From NCBI RefSeq assembly GCF_006345805.1, contig NW_021823803.1:1-21051 (forward strand): 21,051 nucleotides of DNA, written 5' to 3'. Shown one piece after another: positions 10,544-20,603 of this stretch. Origin of the DNA: Octopus sinensis (lineage: Eukaryota). The translations under genes were made by a program, and so were the position numbers. Position 1 is the stretch's first letter. Each line of letters starts with the position of its first letter. A model generated the notes under the pieces. The model made no database searches. It was not told where the DNA came from and saw nothing but the letters and a program-made list of their open reading frames with translations.

Positions 10544-12624
10544 TTTTTTTCTTCTTTCAAATTTGCTTCCATTTCTTGCCGAGTGTCTTCCCGACTCCTA
10601 GGGCAAAGAAACTCACAGTATACCTTGGTAGGCCATTAAACCAAACTCAATAGTTCCTTCATTTTTTAAATTTTTTTTTAAAATTTAAATTAAAATACAT
10701 GAGCAGCAACAGTTCTCACATCGACAATGCTCTTCTCAATACGTGTGATATACCAGTTAAGACAATCTTTTGCACTTCTTGCAGGGATGGTAAGCCAGGG
10801 ATCATTCTCATATAATTTTCGGTTCCCTTCTTGATCATTCCTAGTGCTCCTACGATCACTGGTATTGTAACCACCTTGAGATGCCACATTTTCTCAATTT
10901 CAATGAGTAGGTCTTTATATTTTCTGAGCTTGTCAAACTCTTTCGCTGAGATTATGATCACAGGGGATGCTCATGTCGATCAATAAGCAAACTTTATTGT
11001 TTTGGTCTTTCACAACAATATCTGGTTTATTGGCCTTGATGGTTCGGTCTGTATGTACTGGAAAGTCCCACAGAATGGTTACATTTTCTCCTTCAGTTAC
11101 AGCCTCAGGGTGGTGATTATACCACTTGTCGGCAGTTTTGATATTGTAATGCCGACTTATTAGCCAGTGTAGATATTGGCCAACTCTGTCATGTCTTAAT
11201 TTATACTCCACTGGAGCTAAGACTTTACATCCAGAGATTAGGTGGTCCACTGTTTCAATCATGTCGTTGCAGAATCGGCATTTTGGGTCTGCTCCATTTT
11301 TCATCACATTGGCCTGGTAGTTCCGGGTTAATAGGCTTTGATCTTGAGCAGCCAGGATGAAACCTTCGCTCTCTGATTTTAGCCCTGAGCTCCGTAGCCA
11401 CTGATGGGTTTGCTTCTGGTCAACATCTGCCCAATTGCTCGTGCGCTTTTTTTCGTTGCCATTATTTTCACCTTCTTTGTAATTGCCGTACTTCCCTCGG
11501 GTTGTTCTGTTTGGGTATCCTGCACGAGATCAATAGCAAATGTTTTGCTTTCCTTTATGATAGAATGAAGCTTCTTTCGTCTCTCGTGATTTTCCACGAG
11601 CTTTAGCATTCAGTCATTCGATATTTCGAGATATTTGGCCAGTCCAATTGTGGTTGTTTTGTAAGCTAGTTCAAATTGGATCAGGCCTCGACCTCCTTGG
11701 GCTCTGGGAAGGTAAAGGCGATCTACGTCTGCCTTTGGGTGGTGCATCCTATTACAACTCAGCAGCTTGCGTATTTTCCTATCTATATTTTTTACTTCAC
11801 TCATATTCCAGTTCAACACATTGTAGCTATAAGTAACAACTGGAACTGCTAAGGAATTTATAGCTAACACCTTGTTACGTGCATTTAGTTCAGATTTCAG
11901 GACTGCACGAACTCTCCTATAACATTCCTTCCTGATCTTCTCTTTCATGCTTGCATGCTGAATACCAGAGCCTTCATTTATCCCTAAATATTTGTATGTT
12001 TGTTCTTGCTCAAGCTCTCTTATGACTGTGTCAACATCTAACACGACTGAATTTGTGATCTTCACTTTCCCTTTCTGGAAAGTGGCCTCGGCACACTTCT
12101 CAAGTCCAAATTCCATCCCGATGTCATCGCTGAATGCTTTCACAGTGCGCAATAGGCCTTCAAGTTCATTATTGTCTTTACCATAAAGTTTTAAGTCATC
12201 CATATAAAATAGATGGCTTATTTTTTTATTGGCAATTTTATACCCATACCCTGTTCTGTTTAATTCACTTGTAAGGGGTATTAGGGCTATGCAGAATATT
12301 AAAGGTGAAAGTGAGTCACCTTGAAAAATTCCACAGTTGATGTTTATATTTTCTGAGGCAAGTACTCCATTAGAGTGGTATAATTGGAGATTCGTATTCC
12401 ACAACGACATATTGTGCTTCAGGAAGTTTGAAATCACAGGAGAAATTTTGAAGATGTCCAGCGATCTCAAGATCCATGGATGCGGTATACTGTCGAAGGC
12501 CTTTTTATAGTCAATCCATGCGGTGCTGAGATTTCTGCGCTTGTTGTGACAGTTCTCAAGGATCATACGATTGATTAGCAGTTGATCTTTGCATCCGTAA
12601 GAGCCTCGGCGGCACCCTTTTTTT
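10544..12624 (-). mobile_element. 5'-truncated R4/Dong-like non-LTR retrotransposon (RT, CCHC, restriction-like endonuclease)
   Basis: RT motifs KGCRRGSYGCKDQLL, WIDYKKAFDSIPH, GIFQGDSLSPLIF, ISHLFYMDDLKLY; GFILAAQDQSLLTRNYQ; knuckle CRFC..ETVDHLISGC; RLE KPDIV..IDMSIP..KYKDL..PVIVGALG. A ~170-nt 3' UTR ends in A7 then (TAA)n. Confidence 0.92.
10716..12624 (-). pseudogene. Disrupted RT-RLE ORF of the R4-like element
   Basis: In-frame TGA at 11610-11612, an apparent deletion near 11430 (the expected WxxKPLHG-type motif is missing) and a frameshift near 10950. The Ile run at the start of ORF 11610..12677 is flanking microsatellite. Confidence 0.85.
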
Positions 12625-12710
12625 ATTATTAATATTATTATTATTATTACTATTATTATTATTATTGATATTATCATTATTACTATTAATATTATTATTA
12701 TTATTATTTC

Positions 12711-12746
<36 letters not shown>

Positions 12747-12789
12747 TAATAAAAATATTTTATATATTCATACACACATATATATATTT

Positions 12790-13521
12790 AACTGTGGACA
12801 GCAATATAAGCTGGGCTACTCATATAAACACCAAAGTTGACATGGCCCGCAGAATGTTTTCCTGGATTCTCAGAACTTTCCAGTCGAGAGATATCCACAC
12901 TATTATCCTTCTCTTCTCCACTTTTGCCCGACCCCACCTTAATACTGTTGTCCAATGTGGTCTCCCCCACAAAAGCAAAGTATCATAAATGTTGAAGCAC
13001 CTCAAAGGGCAATCACATAAACAATAGATGGCATGACAGGCCTCGACTATTGGGGTCGACTAGAAAAGCTAAAACCTTATTCTCTCCAACGTCGCCGTGA
13101 GCGCTACATCATCTGCATGATGTGGAAAATATTCCATCAGCATTGCCCAAATGATGTTGGCATCACCTTTAAGGTACATCCAAGGCTTGGGCCCCGTGCC
13201 ATCCGCCCACAACAAAAATCGCACACTCATCTCATAACAATACGGCACAATTATTTCACCTCAATTGGCCCCGCTCTCTTTAACATTACACCAAAACACA
13301 TTAAAACAGAAACAGACCCTATAGGGTTCAAGAAGTCTTTGGACAAGAAATCCCGGATAAACCCCCTACACCCGGATATGTCTCTGTAAAAAATAACTCT
13401 CTACTTGAGTGGGCCATAGTGCCCAAATTCTGATTGAAAGACTTCACCAGGTGGTGCTATTAAGTTAGACATGGCCAGGGCCAATAATGGCCGAAACCTA
13501 TCAAAGTATCAATGTAAGTTT
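12790..13521 (+). mobile_element. 5'-truncated CR1-group LINE (C-terminal ORF2 and 3' UTR, TATCAAAG tail)
   Basis: SWATHINTKVDMARRMFSWILRTFQSRD..FARPHL, LDYWGRLEKLKPYSLQRRRERY, GPALFN..FKKSLDK; ends ggccgaaacctatcaaagtatcaa within a TA tract. Confidence 0.9.
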
Positions 13522-13715
13522 ATATACACACATATATATATATATATTATATATATATATACATATAAGTATATATATATATATACATGTATATATACAT
13601 ATTCATGTATACATGTACATACATATATATACATATACATATTTATGCATATCCATATATATATACATACATACATATATCTATAACTATATATACATAT
13701 AAGTATATATATATG

Positions 13716-13751
<36 letters not shown>

Positions 13752-13860
13752 TATATGTATATATATATGTATATACACATATGTATACATACATATGATA
13801 TACATATATATAAATATTTATATATATGTATGTGTATATATATATGTGTATATATAGATA

Positions 13861-14312
13861 TCTCCCGAGTTCATCCACTCTTATAAAAATTGGTGGCCAA
13901 CTTGAACTTCAGAGGATCGTCGCCAGAAGTCGTCAACAGGTAATTTCACTTTTCGTTAAATAAGTTCTTAAATTCCAGATCTTATATTCGTTTCTTTTTC
14001 TCGCCAGAATGCTTTGCTCTTCAGAAAATAAGTAAATTATAAGTTTTACCCTTAGCTTTGTTTGGTTTTCAACAGCAACAGTTTCTATCCATCGATCTTA
14101 GCAAAGAAACCGCTTGAAACAAGTCGACTGCGTTTGTATACATTGTGAGCGAAACGATTTTATTTTAATTTGGCAATATATCGGTAGCTTTAAATTTTTA
14201 ATTATGCACTAGATAAATTACACTTAATGCCCTCGAAAAAACTGTGGTCAATGAGTGCAGGACGAGAGTCCAAATCTTTTTGAAATGAAGCCATGCTTTG
14301 GATTGGATTTCG
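13861..14312 (+). repeat. Repeated block copy 5 (second half only), continuing into unique sequence
   Basis: tctcccgagttc...gaaatgaagcc..ggattgga is colinear with ~9912-10357; not followed by (TTA)n. Confidence 0.92.
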
Positions 14313-14557
14313 ATTTAAAGTAAACGTTGCCTAGATACCAAACTTGAGAAATTAGGCTTCTGAAAACCAGAAAGGACAAAGCTAATTTGAAGACTACAAA
14401 TCTAATCCATCAGTGGAACTGTAAAAATCTGTAAACTTTCCAGAAGTTTATCATTTAAATATATATATAAACATGTCTAAATATGCAACTATATGCATGA
14501 GAAGACATACATAAAGTAAAATATACAATTCTACACATATACATAAAAAAATACCCT

Positions 14558-14655
14558 GATGTTGAAATTCCAATGAAGGAGTTTTGAATCTAGGTTAGAA
14601 ACCGGCTCTTTCTCTATAGGCAAGAGATCTTGAAATAAAACAGAACAATGACATT
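14558..14655 (+). mobile_element. Probable retroelement 3' fragment preceding a (CATA)n tail
   Basis: gaaattccaatgaagga..ggttagaaaccggctctttctct..gaaataaaac..aatgacat runs directly into (CATA)n; recalled as a common octopus repeat end, not verified. Confidence 0.35.
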
Positions 14656-14818
14656 CATACATACATACATACATACATACACATACATACATACATACAT
14701 ACATACATACATACACACATACATACATACATACATACATACACATACATACATAATGCAAAAATACACATACATACACAAATACATATATACATACATA
14801 CATTCATACATACATACA
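14656..14818. repeat. (CATA)n microsatellite
   Basis: Direct reading. Confidence 0.95.
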
Positions 14819-14870
14819 TGGTGGCTGCCCCCTCGTTATCGAGTATGGCCATTGCACGAAGATTAAAATC
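14819..14870 (-). mobile_element. Probable RTE-like 3' terminus
   Basis: Minus-strand atggccatactcgataacgagggggcagccaccatg resembles the RTE end at ~428-463 (atggtcttcctcagtcacgagtggacggccatcatg) and is followed by (TATG)n. Sequence up to ~15660 may be further decayed fragments. Confidence 0.5.
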
Positions 14871-15374
14871 AATGTTGTTACCGTGCAATACCTGTGCAAG
14901 AAGATTTTTTTTAAGTAAGGAAAGGCTGTGCACTGAGTCAATCCCACTCACTAAGCAACAGCAGCCATAATCCGAAAAGAAGAACAAGTCAACATCATCG
15001 GTAACCACTGAGCCGCAGGATGTAAGTCGGAGTCATCCCAGTTACCTGAATTACCTTCTCCTAGAAGGATGCCCTAACAAAGGCTAAGTGTCCTTCACTC
15101 CCAATGGTTTAACTGCGCGATCGGTTATTCAGTCCGATTATTTCTATGTCCCCGCGCATGATACAGCCTTAAGACATTTATTGGATGGCCGTTGACTCTC
15201 AAGAGTTCCTCCACCCTTTAACGGGTTTTGTTTTTCATCCCGCAGGGTGTCCAATAAACACCCTCCTCACCAAGCATGCTTCGTGAGGTTGCCGGTTTAG
15301 TCGCCGACGACCCGACCATGTTACAGGTTGTACTGGATTACATGTTGCCAGTAGCCCTCGAAAGTAACCTGACA

Positions 15375-15472
15375 TGCATACATGCATACATACATACATA
15401 CATGCATACATACATACATACATACATACATACATACATACATACATACATACATACATACATACATACATA
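15375..15472. repeat. (CATA)n microsatellite
   Basis: Direct reading. Confidence 0.95.
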
Positions 15473-15734
15473 AGTGTATGTACCTATGTGCATGAAAATG
15501 GCTGTCTTGCATTTACTTGATAGGTTATGAGAACATACTGTGTTACCCTGCGTCGCTGCACCCACCATTTCCTAGTGATTCCCTGACGGACGACGCCTTT
15601 GTATCATTTAGGCGACAACCCTCCAACCCATGGTTCTGTTAGGGCAGTCGTTGGTAGTGAGGGTTTTACGGGATCAAAGTGCAAATGCTAACTCGCCCCC
15701 TTTTAATCTCTGTTTACAAAACGCAGACGAAACG

Positions 15735-15886
15735 TTGGGTCTATTCATTGATATGCCAGTCCCCTTCACAGCCCTGGGGCAACGTGAAATGCAGTGCCTT
15801 GCTCAAGGATACAACACGCCATCCTGTCTGGGAATCGATCGCACGTTCAGAGGATCGTGAATGCAAACCCTGACCCCTAAGCCACT
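15735..15886 (-). mobile_element. Decayed tRNA-derived SINE head of a second family
   Basis: Minus strand GTGGCTTAGGGG (A-box-like), GATCGATTCCC (B-box-like), then GTGTTGTATCCTTGAGCAAGGCACTGCATTTCAC, a typical post-tRNA SINE core. Confidence 0.7.
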
Positions 15887-15976
15887 CACATTCACTGATG
15901 AAAAAAATGTATAAACGTTGGGATTTTATTTAAAAATTCAATAAAATGATGATCGTGTTTCCTGATTTTGAATATC

Positions 15977-16378
15977 GGATCTTTTCCGTTTGAAAGGCAG
16001 TTTTTAAAATAATTTCCACGTAAGAAAAAATATTTAAACTTTGTATTCTAGTATAATGTGTTTATAAAACATATCTTTCTCTTGGCTTTATTGGGAAAAT
16101 TCTATAGTTTATAAGATATTTGTTGTTGTTTTTCCTTGCAATTTCAGCCAATCAATGACGTCTATTGAGGTAAAAAAACAATCTGTGCCGTATGAATATG
16201 TTCCTCGTTTAAGAAACAGGTTGGGTTTATTTACATTTGTGAAGAAAAAAGATACCCTTCCCCACCCCTAACCCTTATACAGATTGAAATGCAATAGATC
16301 GATACTAGGGTCATTATTATGGGTGACTATTTCATATGACACCACTAGAAAAAACTGCCGTTCAAACCGAAAAGATCC
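15977..16378. mobile_element. Non-autonomous DNA transposon (MITE), 402 bp, 29-bp TIRs, 8-bp TSD
   Basis: TIR GGATCTTTTCCGTTTGAAAGGCAGTTTTT (15977-16005) versus 16350-16378 matches at 27/29. Perfect TSD TGAATATC at 15969-15976 and 16379-16386. Confidence 0.93.
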
Positions 16379-16618
16379 TGAATATCTTCTAATCGATTAT
16401 TAAAATTAACTGATTATATTCAGTGGAATAAATGGCTGCTTAAGCGCATAAAATATTTATATAATTCTTCAATCCATAAAAATGTTCTAGCCCGAAGGCC
16501 GCGGCCACGCTGGGGCACCACCACTGAATGAGCTACACTAATATGTGAATCCACCTCTGATACGTGGCACTTGATCAACAAGGGAGTACGATGCTGCTGC
16601 CCGCATCTGCGTCTCCTG

Positions 16619-19452
16619 TCATGAGGTAGGTTCATCTGGGACTCCCGACAAGGAGAGATCCAGTTTAGTTTTTAAGAAACCCACATCCACACTATGTAAG
16701 TCTCTCAGGCATTTAGGGAGGATGTTAAAGAGCTTTGGTCCTCTGAAAACCAAGCTGTTGCAGTATCTGGATCTGTATTTTGATGGTGATGTTGGAATCT
16801 TTGGCACCATGCAGTGGCGCCCCGTTCTGCGGGGGTGGGGGTGGGGTAACTTTGAATGCCAAAGTTTGGGACAAGACCCTCCAGGATTTTCCTGATGTAT
16901 ATCACTGCATATCTCTCCCGCCTCCGCTCCAGGGAGAAAAGGTTTAATACTTTCAGTCTTTCCCAGTAGCTGATATTTTGCATTGAGACGAGCTTTTTTA
17001 TGTAGCTTCTCTGAATTGCTTCGAGTTCTGCTGTTAGTTTTATATTGTGTGGTGACCATAGTTGGGAGCAGTAGTCCAAGCGGCTGAGGACGAATGTTTT
17101 CCAGTGGACCATCAGTGTCTCCTTCTCTCTTCTTCTGAAAGTTCGGAGAATCCATCAAGCTAGCCGTCTGCATTTTATCACCAGATTAGTAACATGCACT
17201 TGGAAAGATGCATCATTGCTCATGTCAGTGCCAAGGTCACGCACTGATTTTGACTCAGGGATTGCAATTCTTCTTGGGCCAGTGTATCCCAGTCTGCACG
17301 TCGTTTACATTTGTGTGCCGATAGCGCAGGGCCTGGAACTTACCTGCATTAAACTGCATGTTGTTGTCCTCAGCCCACCTGTATATTGTATCCAACTCCT
17401 GTTGCAGATGCGCAATATTTTCAGGGTTTTGTATTGTGTGGGAGACTTTTGTGTCATCTGCATAGCTAGCAAGGGTGGCCATCGTAGCAACTGAAGGCAT
17501 GTCTGAAAGGGCCACTATGAACAGCAGTGGCCCCAAGACAGTGCCCTGTGGAACACCGCTTGTAATTTGCGTTTCCTTGGAGGTGGCTCCATTGCTCACA
17601 ACTGTCTGTTTTCTGTCTTTTAGGAATTTGTGCAGCCACTCCAAGTTTTCCGCCTAAGTCGAGATATATTACATCCACATTTGAGCCATTTAGTAGCTGT
17701 TTTAACACCCAGTCATAGTGTTGCAGGAGCTGTGTTAGGCAACTTCTACCTGATCGAAATCCAAGGAACCTGATTAGTTTCTTGCGGACTATTCGTTCCA
17801 TGACTTTGCTGATGTGTGAGGTCAGAGAGATTGGCCTATAATTTTTAGCATCTGCTCTGCTACCTCCCTTATGGATAGGGCATATTACTCCCTCTTTCAA
17901 TTTGACTAGGAGCTTACCACTTGCAAGAAAGCTCTGAAAAAGAAGTTGTAGCGGTTTTGCAAGCGATCGTTTGCACGATTTGAGAAGGATCGCTGGAAAT
18001 CCATCAGGTCCAGCAGCTGAGTTTGTGTCAATCTCATCTATGGCTAGTGTGATATCATCATCTTCAATGTTGTTGTACTCAATTTTTGCCTCTTTGGCCG
18101 CAGGTAAAGTGGCAAAGAATTCTTCTGGGTTGTTTACTTGCCTGTGTCCTAGAGATGTAGTGAACACACTTTGGAATTGTTCGTTCAGTATTTCACTTAT
18201 CCTCGTGGGATTTCCTGTGAGAGAGCCATCTTTTTGGAAGAGAGGTCATATTCTCTGGTGCACTGTGGCTGTCTCTTTGGCAAACTTAAAGAAAGCTTTA
18301 GGGTTTGATTTTATATTTTCTATTACCCAAGCTTTTTTATCTGCTCTCTCTCCTTTTCATGGGACTGATGCAGACTTTTTTCAATTTCCATTAGCATTCT
18401 TTCGAGCCGAGACTTCTCACCACATTTGGTGTGCTTGCTCAGGCGGTTCGCAATCCTTGTCCGTCGTCTCATAAGAATCTTCCTTTCTCTAGGGATCCTG
18501 TTTTTGTTTTTGTGTGTGCTGGCCCTGCACACTGGGACATATTTGTCACATATGGCTTGTATTATGGACATGAAGTGTTTGTGTTTCATGTTAATGCCCG
18601 GTGTGGAGAGACATTTAGGCCAATCCTGTTTGAGGATCTCTTTCTCAATCAACTTCCAGTTTGCTTTATGAAAGTTTAAGTTGGAGAGATGGTGGATGCT
18701 TTGTATAGGCTGTGTGTCTACGGGGGCTTTTCCTCCATACATAGACAGCTCTATTATGTTGTGATCCGAGATCATTGTCGGCATCACTTTAACATTATGA
18801 ATAATATCCATATTGCTTGTGAAGCAGAGATCCAGTATATTATCTGCCCTTGTTGGTTGCAGAACTATTTGCTCCATGAAAGAGGCATTTGTGAGATGGA
18901 GCAGGGACTCTGCCTGTGCCTGCTGATGGTGTGTCATCACTGAGAGCATCTGCCCCCCAGGCCATTCCACATTGGGGAAGTTAATATCAGCCATGAAGAA
19001 TACACTATTGTGTTGTTCAAGGTTGATGAGGACATCTCTTTTTGTTTGGCAGTCTTCAAACATGCCTGAGTGATTTGGGGCATCTGGTGGGCGATATGTA
19101 GTGCATATGACGACATTCAGTTGTCTTATATGTACAATTTGAGTGTCACACACTGAGTTTGGATATGACAACAGGACCTGGGCGTGAGGTCATCTCGGAT
19201 GTACATTGCAACTCCACCATGGCTCCTCCCATTTCTATTTGAGCGTATGACTGTATATTGCGGCATGTGTATTTCTGCATCCCTTATATCGGGTCCAAGA
19301 TGCATTTCTGTGAGTGCCATACATATAGCTTGATTGCATGTCACAAGGTCTCTCAGGAATGAGATTTTCCTTTTACAGTTGCTGCAAGGCAGCCCTCCTA
19401 CGTTCAGTAGAAATATTTTTGTGGTGTGTGTGTTGGTGTCTGTGGTGGCCAT
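16619..19452 (-). pseudogene. Disrupted ORF2 (APE-RT) of the CR1-group LINE
   Basis: Split across ORFs 19126..19545, 18323..19171, 17466..18167, 17255..17644, 16705..17112 and 16619..17173 by frameshifts and deletions. Confidence 0.88.
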
Positions 19453-19496
19453 CCTGCATCTGTTGGTGGTGGCCTTATGTGGTGGTAGTTCCAGCT

Positions 19497-19822
19497 TTAT
19501 GCTTGTAGCCAGGTCAGCTGCTGAACAATTTTTTGTGCCATGCACAAAAAAGATTGCTGTTCAGCTGCTGCCCTTCTCACATCTAGGTGAAGCTGGCCAT
19601 TTCTTGGGTTACCGCGCACCACATCCGCATATCGTCTTTGAGGAGTGGTCAGTGCGCTATTTTTCCTCCTTTTATATTTTTTCTTTATCTTTTTGTTCTC
19701 CCCAAGGGAAGTGATTTTTGTCTCGTGTCCGTGCGGTTTTGGTAGGGCTTCTGATGTGCAAAGCGACAGTTCGCAACTTCGACGCCGTACCAGCAGTCCC
19801 TCTTCAGGTAGAATTTGCAGAT
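19497..19822 (-). pseudogene. ORF1 remnant with CCCH zinc finger
   Basis: Minus strand 19822-19754 reads ICKFYLKRDCWYGVEVANCRFAH (C-x7-C-x8-C-x3-H) in a frame absent from the ORF track. A frameshift leads into the basic tail ending at the stop at 19497. Confidence 0.7.
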
Positions 19823-20139
19823 ATACTGCAATGATGTTTAGAAAGATAGAAAATATACTAATAGCAAATAAATCACGATAAACTATAAATTGATTAGACT
19901 CAAGGTTGTTTATCGGAATCTGCAGCCGGAAATTATTAATTAATATTTCCAATTTCTTCCATCAAAATGGATAAAATAGTTTATATACAAAGTTCAAATA
20001 ACTATTCGGATATTTCTTGTTTGGACTTGTTACTTCTCTGAAATTAATGATCATTTCCCCGATTCTTAATAATCATTTTATTTGTGAGCTTATCATGACG
20101 TATTTCTCATTTTGATCGATAAACAACATCCATCAGGAT

Positions 20140-20177
20140 GTGTGTGTATATGAGTGTGTACACGTATATGTACATGA

Positions 20178-20214
<37 letters not shown>

Positions 20215-20394
20215 ATATATATATATTATTATATATATATAATATATAGGCGTAGGTTGGTCTGTGTGTTACTTCCTAATTACATGGATCAGGGTTCGGC
20301 CCCACAGCGTGTCACCTTGCGAAAGGGCCTTTTTCTGCAGCCTCGGGTTGGTCAAAACCTGTTAGTGGATTTGGAACTGGAAGGACCGACGTCC

Positions 20395-20484
<90 letters not shown>

Positions 20485-20499
20485 ATGTATGTATATATA

Positions 20500-20530
<31 letters not shown>

Positions 20531-20552
20531 ATATAATATATATATATATATA

Positions 20553-20603
<51 letters not shown>

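Larger units (their letters stand above)
10361..13860 (+). repeat. Module M4, interrupted by the R4-like element and a CR1 fragment; SINE head absent
   Basis: (TTA)n at 10361-10543 resumes at 12625, with the TTTCTA switch at ~12708 and the aaatattttatatattcatacacac linker. TA tracts lie at 12770-12789 and 13522-13860. Confidence 0.85.
16477..19822 (-). mobile_element. 5'-truncated CR1-group LINE: ORF1 C-terminus, APE endonuclease, RT and 3' UTR
   Basis: APE: LLNVGGL..ALTE.HL..GRSHGGVAMYI, YRPPD, ADINFP, PTRADNILDL, SDHN. RT: AAGPDG, IHKGGSR..NYRPISLTS, GVPQGTVLGPLLF, YADDTK. C-terminus: SRLDYCSQLWSP, YWERLK.LNLFSLERRRERY. Confidence 0.95.

Noticed and set aside
13465-13500. Hammerhead in the CR1 3' end (GGCC-AATAAT-GGCC-GAAAC)
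   Set aside because: It has a stem-II-like hairpin and GAAAC but no upstream CUGANGA; better explained as the LINE 3' stem-loop.
16262-16277. Interstitial telomere
   Set aside because: Only about two imperfect TTAGGG units, and they are internal to the MITE.
17216-19881. Plus-strand ORFs over the CR1 element, and similar ORFs over the R4 and RTE relics
   Set aside because: Antisense shadows of retrotransposon coding sequence.
19823-19952. Hydrophobic N-terminus of ORF 19497..19952 as a host membrane protein
   Set aside because: AT-rich flank read through into LINE ORF1 from a TTG start, with no family motif or splice support.
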